A stretch of 64,000 nt of DNA, taken from assembly GCF_000315625.1 (NCBI RefSeq), contig NW_005434645.1:21413-85412 (forward strand). Reading direction: 5' to 3'. The notes under the pieces were generated by a model. The model ran no database searches and was not told the DNA's origin. It saw only the letters and a program-made list of their open reading frames with translations. The stretch's first letter is position 1. Each line of letters starts with the position of its first letter. Of this stretch, positions 1 through 13,040 are shown piece after piece. The translations under genes and the position numbers were made by a program. Source of the DNA: Guillardia theta CCMP2712. Taxonomy: Eukaryota > Protista > Cryptophyta.

Positions 1-72
1 TCGCAGCTGTGATGCCTATCAATGCACTTCCCCTTGATCCAACTGAAACACCTGTTGTGTGATGAGCACGTA

Positions 73-2334
<2,262 letters not shown>

Positions 2335-2465
2335 GATTGTACGCGTAAAGCAGATGCAGGAGGAGGAGGAAGAGGAGGAGGAGGAGGAGGAGGAGGAGGA
2401 GGAGAGAGGAGGAGGAGGAGGTCGTCAATGGAATCTGCTCTACATCAAAATGAATAAACTCGAAA

Positions 2466-5400
2466 TCAAATTTTCAGGTGCTGCTTGAGCATGCCAAGAA
2501 GATTGTCCAGCTCTCGTACCTGCCCACACCAGCGTGAGGGAAACGAGGGGGAGAGGCAAAGGAGGGAAGAAAATCTGCAAGGGAGGAAGAAGGAGAGGGG
2601 AGGAAGCATGGAAGGGAGGGGAGGGGGAAAGGAGAAGAGGAGAGATACGAAGGAGGAGACGCAAGCAAGGCAGGAGGAGACGTGATGGAGGAAGGAGGAG
2701 AGGGAAATGGGGGAGGATCAACAAGACAGAAGATGCTACATACCTTGTTAACGACCTCTGCTCCTCCCGTTCCGTCTGTCTCTATGCTCACCGTGTTGTT
2801 CTCACCCGAAGCCCCACCGCCTGTTCTCCAGCTCAGCACCTTTCCACCTCCACCTCTCCTCCTCCCCCAGTCCCCAACACAACCAACTTCCGTTCCCTCC
2901 CTCCCGTTCCTTCCCGGCGTTCACCTCCTCCCGAGCTCGTTGCTGATGCCTCAGCCTTCTCTCCTCCCGAGACCTCCCGACGTCGAAGGAGCGACCGAAC
3001 GCGAGCCTCCAACTCCTGCGACCAGGATCAGCCAAAACCATCACCAACATTGTTCCCCACCTCCCCTCCTCTCTTCTGTTTCTCCTTTCCAACTCCTCTC
3101 TTTTCTTCTAGTCCTTGCTGACTTTCATCTCCTCTCCAACTTTTCTCCTTCTCTTCTCTTCTCCTCTTTCTTCTCTCCTCCCTCCTTCTGTACTTCTCCT
3201 CACCTTGGGCGCAAAAGGCTTCACGATGTAGTCGTCAGCACCCGCATCAAGACCCTTGATCCTGTCCTTCACGTCGTTCATCGATGTAAGCATCACGATC
3301 GGCACGCGCTTGTCATGCTTGCGGATCTGGCGGCAGAGCTCGAACCCATCCATCTTAGGCATGAAGACGTCCGAGATCACGATGTCAGGACGTGACTTGT
3401 GGAACTTCTCAAGCGCCTCCTCTCCATCCCCCGCGTCGATCACCCTGCTGTTGTCCTTCTCCAGCCTCGACTTCACCAGCAGCCTCAGCGTGTTGTCATC
3501 GTCCACCAGCAGGATCGTAGGTTTGTTCTCTGGCACCTCCTTCTTCACCGCCGTGCTGTTCGCTCGCCGAATCGCGGGACTCCTGACTCGCTCCACGGGC
3601 ACAGCACTCGGGAGAGCTGGAGCCGGAGCGGCTGCTCCGCTTGTTGCTGGCGTCACTGTTCCTGTGGCAACCGCCACGTCGGGTACAGTTGTGGTCCACT
3701 TGGCGATTATCTCATACAGGCGCTTCCTCTCCACAGGCTTGCTGATGTAGTCGTCCATCCCCGCGGCTATACACTTGTCCCTGTCGCCTTTCATGGCGTT
3801 GGCTGTTACGGCGATGATCGGAGTCGTCTGGTTCAGCCCTGCTCGCTGCCGGATTTTCTCCGTTGCCTGCCATCCGTCCATGATGGGCATGTTGCAGTCC
3901 ATGAGCACGAGGTCGAACTCAACCACTGCGGTGATGTTCACTGCCTCCACCCCGTTCTCAACGCAGTGCAGCTCGTGTCCCTTCTGCAGCAGCATCGCTT
4001 CCAGCAGCTTCCTGTTCGCCCAGTGATCCTCCACGATCAAAATCCTCGCTGCCTTCGACTCCTTCTTCGGCTGCACTGCAGCTGGAGCAGGAGCAGGAGC
4101 AGCCACAACGCTGCTCTGGGCAGCGCTAGGGGGCGCCTTGTTGCTCTTGTGCGAGTTCGACACGATGGCCTCGATGGCACTTTTGTCGTAGGGCTTGCAT
4201 ACGAAGCCCGAGAAGAGCCCGTCTTTGTTCTTTCCTCGAACTCCTTCGCTTGCTCGGCGCTCATCAACGCGATGATGGGCATCTTCGAGGATCGCTGCCG
4301 CAGCTCCTTGGCAATGTCCCAGCCGGACGGGCTGGGCATGTCAGAAGTGATCATCAGCATATCAAACTTCTCTGCCGCGAGCTTGTCCAGGCACTCGCTG
4401 CTCTTTGACAACTCCGCCATCTCGCACTCCAATCGCGACAAGATCGCCTTGAGCACCTTCCTCTGCCCGATGTCTCTGTCCACCACCAGCACCTTGGGCT
4501 TCCCCCGCAACTCTTCCTCCTCCTCTTTCTTTTCCACTGGAGGAGGCGAGTCGCACACTGTTCCCTTCCCCCGGCTGAGAGCCTCAGCGATCGTGGCAGA
4601 CAACTTGTCCTTGGACAGAGGCTTGCAAATCAGGTCCGTCACTCCTGCCTCTCGGAACTTGGGATCGTCGTCGGAGGGGTTGGGGCCGATGATGCCCAGG
4701 ATGACAGCTGAGTGCGAGCTCGCGGCTTCGCACGCCCTGATCTCCTTGCACGCGTCCCAACCCGACATGTTGGGCATGAAACCATCGAGGATCACGACAT
4801 CGTAGTTCACCTTCGCTGCCTTCTTCACTGCCTCTGCCCCGTTGTCTACAGTATCTACCTGGTGCTTGTCTCGCGTCAGCATCGCGCGAAGCATCATACG
4901 ATGCCCGGCGTCATCATCGACCACCAAGATGCGCAGTTGGTTGGAGCCAGCTGCTGGCTTCGCGAGCTCCTTGGAGGGGGGAGGGGGAGTACTGCAGGGA
5001 TCAGGCGAGTCGCATCGAGCTGCCTCTGCCTTGGAGATCCACTCACGGATCTTAGCGGTGAGCTTGTCACGTGAGATGGGCTTGAGGATAGTGTCAGTCA
5101 TCCCCGCGTCTTTGCATTTCTTCTCATCATCGCCAGAGGCACCAGTGACTCCGATGATTGTGATGGGCCGCCGACTTCCGGTCTCCTTTTCTCTCAACCG
5201 GATCTCTGCAGTTGCCTCCCATCCCGTCTTGTTCGGCATGAAGCCGTCCATCAGCACAGCATCGTACTTCACCTTCTGCACTGCCTTTACTGCCTGAGAG
5301 CCATCCTCTGCCGTGTCCACTTCGAACCCGTCCTTGCTCAGCATCGCCCGAAGCACCCGACGTTGCCCTGCATCATCGTCCACCACCAAGATCCTCTGCT

Positions 5401-8400
5401 TGCCGTCCAGGTCGCTCGCGTAAGCTGCACGGGAACTGCTCGTGGAGCACACCACGTGGGAGCCTCCAAGGACGGGATCGCGCTTGGACTCGGAGATGGT
5501 GGCGGCCTTGGCGATGGCTTCCTTGACCTTCATCCTGTCGAAGGGTCTCGTGATCAGCCCGTCCATCCCCGCCTGCGTACACTCGTGATACTCCTGACCA
5601 TCGAACCCGTTGACGATGCCGATCAGGATCGGTCTCTTGCCGGAGGTTGACCGTCTGATGTATCCCTGGATCTCCTTGGCTACAATGCTCGTCTTGGAGC
5701 CCAGAAGCTCGTAGTCGAGGATCACACAATCGTGAGAGAAGTGCGAGAAGGTGTCTTCCCCGTTACGCAACATCGCCATCACCTCGTTGAAGCTGTTGCA
5801 CAGGTCGCAAGTGTGAGACTCGCGGACGAGCATCGCTCGCAGCACGTGCTGCTGCTCCAGCTGCATGGCGATCAGGATCCTCATGCTTGGGATTCGCGCC
5901 ATCCCTCCACCCATGATCTCATCTTCCACCTCTACCGATTCCCCTGATCCACCTCGCTCAATCGCAGAGTGGGAATTGTGCTCCTCAGGAGAGATGCACT
6001 GCTTGAGCGCTGCGTGCAGTGCTGAGAGACGACCCGGGCGACTGAGCATGATGCAGCCAGGAACATTCCTGTACACCGCAGCCTGGCTCAGTTGCGTGAT
6101 AGGGCAGAAGACGATGCTCTGCATGTCACCAGGTTCCTGTGCATACTGAGCGACGATCTTCATGCAGGACCTGAGGTCATCAGTGATGGGCTCCTCGTCC
6201 GGGTTGTTCTCGTCGGTTATGGCGCTCCTCTGCTGCTGGACTGACGGGCATACGATGAGAATATCGACCGAGCGCTCCTTCAGATACGGCACGGCAGTTA
6301 GGATCCCCTCCACCGATCGAGGGACGATGCCGAACGTCTCCAGGTATCGCAGGATGGCGTTGCGAAGGGTCTCGTTGTCTGCCACCAGCATGATCCTCTT
6401 GCTGTGTACAGCGCTAGGGAGAGAGAAGGTGGGCTGCACTGCAGTGTTGATCTTCTTGAAGACCGCATTGAACCAGAACAAGGACCCCTTGCCCAGGTTG
6501 CTCTGGACCCCCATGGACCCGTTCATCAGCTCGGCAAACTGCTTCGAGATCGCAAGGCCGAGGCCCGTCCCTCCGTACGTGCGGGTTGTGGAGGAGTCGA
6601 CCTGGGAGAATCGGTTGAACAGCTTCTTCTGGCCCTCCTCGGAGATGCCGATGCCCGAGTCATACACTTTGAAACGGAAGGCCTGGTGGGTCGGCGTCTC
6701 CTCCTCCATCTCAGCCAGCAGGTACACCTGACCCGAATTGGTGAACTTGATCCCGTTGGACAGAAGGTTCAGCAGGATCTGCCTCAGCCTGTCAGGGTCG
6801 CCGTTCACCACCGTCGGGGTGTTGGGGCTCATATAGCAGCAGATCTCCAGCCCCTTGCCGAGGGCCTTGGAAGCCACGGAGTCAACCGTGTCCTCAATGA
6901 CCTGCCGGAGATCGAAGTCAACGCTGACCAGCTCGAGCTTGCCAGCCTCAATCTTGGTGAGATCAAGGATGTCATTTATAAGGACCAGTAGGGACTCGGA
7001 GGACGATTTGATCTGTTCCGCAAACTTCCTCTGCTCATCCAGCAAGCTTGTTTCGAGGATCAAGTCGTTCATCCCCATGATCACATTCAGCGGCGTTCTC
7101 ATCTCGTGCGACATGGTCGCCAAGAATTGCGACTTAGCATCGTTCGCAGCCTGAGCCTGGAAGAGGAGGGCCTCTTGTTCCATCAGTCGACGCATCTCGG
7201 TGATGTCCTGCCCTACCCCGATCACTCCGACTATGGCACCTGTGACGTCACGTCGAGTGGTGGCGTTCAGCAGAACTTCCACTCGACGTTTATCCTTGGT
7301 GAAGAGAGGAAACTCGAAGTTGGATTTCTCTTTCCCCAGCAGAGCATCGTCTAGTACTTTCTTCACCGACGGCCGGAACTCTTGAGTAATGTACACCTCC
7401 ACCAGATTCCTGCCCAGCACTTCAGCCTTCGAGTATCCAGTGATCTCTGCCGCCTTGTTGTTCCACTCGTTCACAAGCCCGTTGGCGTCGATACCGAAGA
7501 TGGGGGCGTTGGCTGTGTCGATGAAAGTCTGCAGCTCTTGTGCCACTCGAGTCTTCTCTTCCTCTACTTGTTTCCTCTCAGTGATGTCCTGCCCAACACC
7601 GATCACACCGATTGGCCGCCCTGTCACATCCCTTCGGGTAGTGGCATTCAGCAACACATCTACACGCCTCCCTGTATTCGTGAACAGAGGAAACTCAAAA
7701 TTGGCAGTCTCCTCACCCTCCAGCGCATTGTCAAGAACCATTTTGACCTGCTCCCTATATTCCTCAGTGATATACTTCTCGACCAGGTTCTGTCCGAACA
7801 CCATCTGTCTCGAGAAGCCAGTGATCTCTGCCGCCTTGTTGTTCCACTCGTTGATCAAACCCTTGTCGTCGATACCAAAGATGGGGGCGTTGGCCGTGTC
7901 AATGAAGGTCTGCAGCTCTTGCGCGACTCTAGTCTTCTCGATCTCGACTTCCTTTCTCTCGGTGATGTCCTGCCCTACCCCGATCACTCCCACAACCTGT
8001 CGAGCCATGTTTCTTCTTGGCGTCGCGTTCAGGAGCACTTCAACTCTCCGTCCATCTTTGGTATAGAGGGGAAACTCGAAGTTCGCCGTCCCCCGACCCT
8101 TCAGCGCGTTCTCCAAAACCTCGGATACGGTCGATCTGAAGTCCGCACTGATGTACACCTCCACAAGGTCTTGACCCAGCACCTCCTCACGGGAGAAGCC
8201 AGTGATCTCTGCCGCCTTGTTGTTCCACTCGTTCACAAGCCCCTTGTCGTCGATACCGAAGATGGGGGCGTTGGCCGTGTCGATGAAAGTCTGCAGCTCC
8301 TTCGCGACTCGCGTCTTCTCCTCCTCGAAAAGCTTCCTCGCCGTGATGTCCTGCCCTACCCCGATCACTCCCACCACGTTCCCGTTCGCATCCAGTCGAG

Positions 8401-11400
8401 GGGTGGCGTTGAGCAACACGTCCACTCGTCGCTCGTCCTTCGTGTAGAGGGGAAACTCGAAGTTCGCCGTTGCCACTTTCTGCAATGCCAAGTCGCAAAT
8501 CTTTCGAACGGACTGGCGGAACTCCTCGCTGATGTACACCTCCACAAGGTCTTGACCCAGCACCTCCTCCCGGGAGAAGCCAGTGATCTCTGCGGCCTTG
8601 TTGTTCCACTCGTTGACGAGGCCCTTGGCGTCGATACCGAAGATGGGGGCGTTGGCCGTGTCGATGAAAGTCTGAAGTTCGTTGGCAACACGAGTCATCT
8701 CCTCCTGAGATCGTTTGATATCCGTGATGTCTTGTCCAACGCCAACGACTCCGGTCACATTTCCGTGAGCGTCTCTTCTTGTCGTGGCATTCAGCAACAC
8801 CTCAACCCTCTGGCCATCGACTGTGTACAAGGGGAACTCGAAGTTCGCTGTACCAACACCCTTGAGCGCCTTGTCCAGCACATCTCGGACCGATACACGG
8901 TATTCCTCCGTGATAAAATCTTTGACAAGGCTGCGACCGATCACCTGCTCCCTAGAAAATCCCGTGATCTCTGCCGCCTTGTTGTTCCACTCGTTCACAA
9001 GCCCGTTGGCGTCGATACCGAAGATGGGGGCGTTGGCCGTGTCGATGAAAGTCTGCAGCTCTTGCGCGACTCTTGCCTTCTCCTCCTCAACACGTTTCCT
9101 CTCGGTGATGTCCTGCCCTACCCCGATCACACCAACGATCTTTCCCGCTGTGTTGCGACGAGAGGTGGCATTGAGAAGCACTTCCACCCTCCTCTTGTCC
9201 ACCGTATATAAAGGGAACTCAAAATCAGAAGTCTCAATACCAAGGAGAGCATTGTCAAGCACTTCCTTCACTGTAACGCGGTATTCTTCAGTGATGAAAT
9301 CCTGAACCAAGTTTCTCCCCAGCACATCTTCGCTGGAGAAGCCCGTGATCTCTGCCGCCTTGTTGTTCCACTCGTTTACGAGACCTTCTGCATCGATACC
9401 GAAGATGGGGGCGTTGGCCGTGTCGATGAAATTCTGTAGCTCCTTGGCCACTCGCGTCTTTTCTTCCTCTGCACGCTTCCTCTCTGTGATGTCCTGCCCT
9501 ACCCCGATCACTCCCACCACTCGGCCCCCGTCTCCAAGTCGCGTCGTGGCGTTCAACAGAACATCCACTCTGCGCATGTCCTTGGTGAAGAGAGGAAACT
9601 CGAAGTTGGCTGTCTCTGCGCCCTTCAACGCCTTGTCGAGTACTTCCTTCACCGAGGCTCTGAACTCTTCGGTGATGTACACCTCCACCAGATTCTTGCC
9701 CAGCACTTCAGCCTTCGAGTATCCAGTGATCTCTGCCGCCTTGTTGTTCCACTCGTTCACCAGTCCTTGGTCATCGATACCGAAGATGGGGGCGTTGGCT
9801 GTGTCGATGAAAGTCTGCAGTTCACGGGCAATACGCGTCATTTCAATCTCTACTCGCTTTCTCTGCGTGATGTCCTGGCCAACACCAAGCACCCCTACAA
9901 CGCGGCCGCTCACGTCTCGCCTCGTGGTAGCATTCAAGAGAACTTCGACTCGCCTTTGATCTTTCGTGTACAGAGGGAACTCAAAGTTGGAGGCCTCGAC
10001 TCCCCTCAGCGCGTTGTCGAGCACCTCCTTCACAGTCTCGCGATATTCCTCAGTGATGAAATCCTTCACCAGCTCCCTTCCCAACACCTCCATGCTCGAG
10101 AAATTGGTGATCTCAGCAGCCTTGTTGTTCCATTCGTTGATTCTGCCTTTAGCATCGATACCGAAGATTGGCGCATTCGCTGAATCGATGAACGCTTGCA
10201 ATTCTTGAGCTACCCGGAATTTCTCGGACTCAACCTGCTTCCTCTCTGTAATGTCTTGCCCTACCCCGATCACTCCCACGGCTTTCCCAGATTCGTCTCT
10301 CCTTGTCGTTGCATTCAACAGAACTTCAACACGCCTTTGATTCTTTGTGAAGAGGGGAAACTCGAAGTTGGCGGTCTCGTGACCTTGGAGCGCGTTATCG
10401 AGTACTTCCTTGACCGAAGAACGATACTCGTCGGTAATGTACACCTCTACCAGATCCTTGCCGAGCACCTCCTCCTTAGAAAACCCCGTGATCTCTGCCG
10501 CCTTGTTGTTCCACTCGTTCACAAACCCGTTCGCATCGATACCGAAGATGGGGGCGTTAGCCGTGTCGATGAAATTCTGTAGCTCCTCGGCTACCCGGGT
10601 CTTCTCTACTTCAACTTGTTTCCTATCTGTGATGTCCTGCCCTACCCCGATCACTCCCACAACATTCCCAGAGATATCCTTCCTCGGTGTTGCATTCAGG
10701 AGCACTTCGACACGTCTCTTATCAACTGTAAACAACGGAAACTCGAAGTTCGCCGTCCCCCGACCCTTCAGCGCGTTCGTCAGTACCTGAGACACCGACA
10801 CCCTGTAGTCTGGACTGATGAAATCTTCTACAAGATTGCGGTTCAACACCTGATCTTTTGAGAAGCCCGTGATCTCTGCCGCCTTGTTGTTCCACTCGTT
10901 CACAAGCCCGTTGGCGTCGATACCGAAGATGGGGGCGTTGGCCGTATCGATGAAAGTCTGCAGCTCCTTCGCGACTCGCGTCTTCTCCTCCTCGAAAAGC
11001 TTCCTCGCCGTGATGTCCTGCCCTACCCCGATCACTCCCACCACGTTCCCGTTCGCATCCAGTCGGGGGGTGGCGTTGAGCAACACGTCCACTCGTCGCT
11101 CGTCCTTCGTGTAGAGGGGAAACTCGAAGTTCGCCGTTGCCTTCTGTTGAAGAGCATTGTCCAGTACTTCGCGAACGGACTGGCGGAACTCCTCGCTGAT
11201 GTACACCTCCACAAGGTCTTGACCCAGCACTTCCTCCCGGGAGAAGCCAGTGATCTCTGCCGCCTTGTTGTTCCACTCGTTGACGAGGCCCTTGGCGTCG
11301 ATACCGAAGATGGGGGCGTTGGCCGTGTCGATGAAAGTCTGCAGCTCCTTCGCGACTCGCGTCTTCTCTCCTTCAACACGCTTCCTCTCTGTGATGTCTT

Positions 11401-13040
11401 GTCCAACAGCGATGACTCCGATGATATTCCCGTTGATGTCCCTGCGTGCTGTAGCATTCACAAGTACTTCAACTCTTCGCTTTTCTTCCTTTGTATACAA
11501 TGGGAACTCAATGTTTGATGTCTCCATTCCACACAAGGCGTTCTGTAGGACACCATTCACAGTGTTCCGAAACTTTTCGCCGATGTACACTTCAACAAGA
11601 TTCTGGCCAAGCACTTCTTGTTTTGAGAAACCTGTCAGTTCGGCAGCCTTCATATTCCACTCATTGACAAGCCCTTGATCATCTATTCCAAAGATCGGAG
11701 CATTGGCCGTGTCAATAAACGTCTGAAGCTCCTGCGCCACTCTGGCTTTTTCCATTTCTGCCATCTTCCTCTCCGTGATGTCTTGCCCAACGCCAATGAC
11801 GCCGATCACATTTCCTTCAACATCGCGTCGCGGGGTCGCGTTAAGCAGCACATCAACTCTACGATGATCCTTGGTGTACAACGCGAATTCAAAGTTGGCT
11901 GCCTCAAATCCCTTGAGGGCATTGTCTAGCACCAGCTTGACGGAGGACCTGAACTCGTCTGTGATGTAAATTTCAACAAGGTTCTTGCCAATGACTTCTT
12001 CCCGTGAAAACTGGGTTATCTCTGCTGCTTTCAGATTCCACTCGTTGACCAAACCCATGTGATCGATCCCGAAGATGGGTGCATTCGCTGTGTCAATGAA
12101 GTTCTGCAGCTCTTGAGCCACCCTTGCCCTCTCATCTTGAAATCGCTTTCGGTCAGTGATGTCTTGACCCACTCCCATAATGCCTATGACTTCCCCATCA
12201 ATATTCTTGCGAGCAGTCACGTTGAGCAACACTAACAATCTCTGCTTCTTCGCATCAAGGAGCGGCAATTCGAAGTTGGTACGATTGTTGCCATTCAAGG
12301 CGTCATTCAACAAATCCCGTACAGAAACTTGGTTTTCATGTGCTATGAAGAATTCGATGAAGTTCTTCCCAAGGACTTGATTTCTTTTGAATCCTGAAAC
12401 TTCCTCTGCCTGATCATTCCACTCATTAATGTTGTAGCTGACGTCTGTCCCAAAGATAGGGGCATTCACAGTATCTATAAAGGATCTGAGCTCCTGCGCC
12501 TTCCTGACCATCTCCTGCTCGTATTGCTTTCTATCAGTGATATCTTGACCAACGAACAAAACTTCTTCACAACTCTTCGCATCATCCTGTACTATGGGAA
12601 TTCCACGGAGCGACAAAAAAATCACAGACCCATCCGGCTTTGATGCAGAGAATTCGAGAGAAACTGATTCTCTCTTAGATTTGGCATGCTCAATGCCTTG
12701 CTGTATCTGCGCAATGAAATCAGGACGAAGCACACAAGGAAGATCGTGGTATGACCTTGGACTTCAAAACATCCGCCACCAAGAACTCGTATATGCTCTT
12801 CCCCACTACATCCCCCTTCTTCCAGCCCATCTGCCTCTGCGATATCGCATTCCAGTCCCTAAGGCGATCATGCAGATCGATCGAGAAATGAATCAGGCCA
12901 AGGCGTTCCAGCACTTCCCGTGTGCATGCGTCTCTGCGGTTAGGGGACTCCAGCTCTCGTAGTCTCTCCTCCAAATCTCGGTTCCTTCGCTCGAGCTGAC
13001 TGATCTTCTCCTCGTGCCCAGACTGCCCGAGGCCCCACAT
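2466..13040 (-). CDS. Giant soluble hybrid histidine kinase: 15 PAS + HisKA + HATPase_c + 7 receiver domains (~3,340 aa)
   Basis: Exons 13040-12756, 12706-3204 (with a -1 frameshift near 4230), 3015-2925, 2820-2744 and 2519-2466, all joined by GT-AG introns. 14 repeats of FIDTANAPIFGID...GQDIT plus one divergent N-terminal PAS. H-box FLATMSHEMRTPLN, N-box QILLNLLSNGIKFT, G1 DSGIG, F-box, G2 GGTGLGL. Receivers show DD/D/T/KP motifs. Confidence 0.95.
7195..12495 (-). repeat. Coding tandem repeat: 14 PAS units of ~381 bp
   Basis: GCCTTGTTGTTCCACTCGTT and ATACCGAAGATGGGGGCGTTGGC recur with ~381 bp period on the + strand. Confidence 0.95.

Noticed and set aside
22-72. QLKHLLCDEH as a DEAD-like motif II
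   Set aside because: It is preceded by an in-frame stop and probably lies in an intron ending at CACGTAG.
7382-9211. Long plus-strand ORFs (609 aa and others) over the kinase
   Set aside because: Antisense shadows of a GC3-rich repetitive coding strand, with no recognisable motifs.
7195-12495. CRISPR-like periodic conserved DNA blocks
   Set aside because: The period is 381 bp and everything lies in one reading frame encoding PAS domains; there are no spacers or cas genes.
7195-13040. Photoreceptor (LOV or phytochrome) call for the kinase
   Set aside because: No NCRFLQ motif and no GAF/PHY or rhodopsin TM segments.
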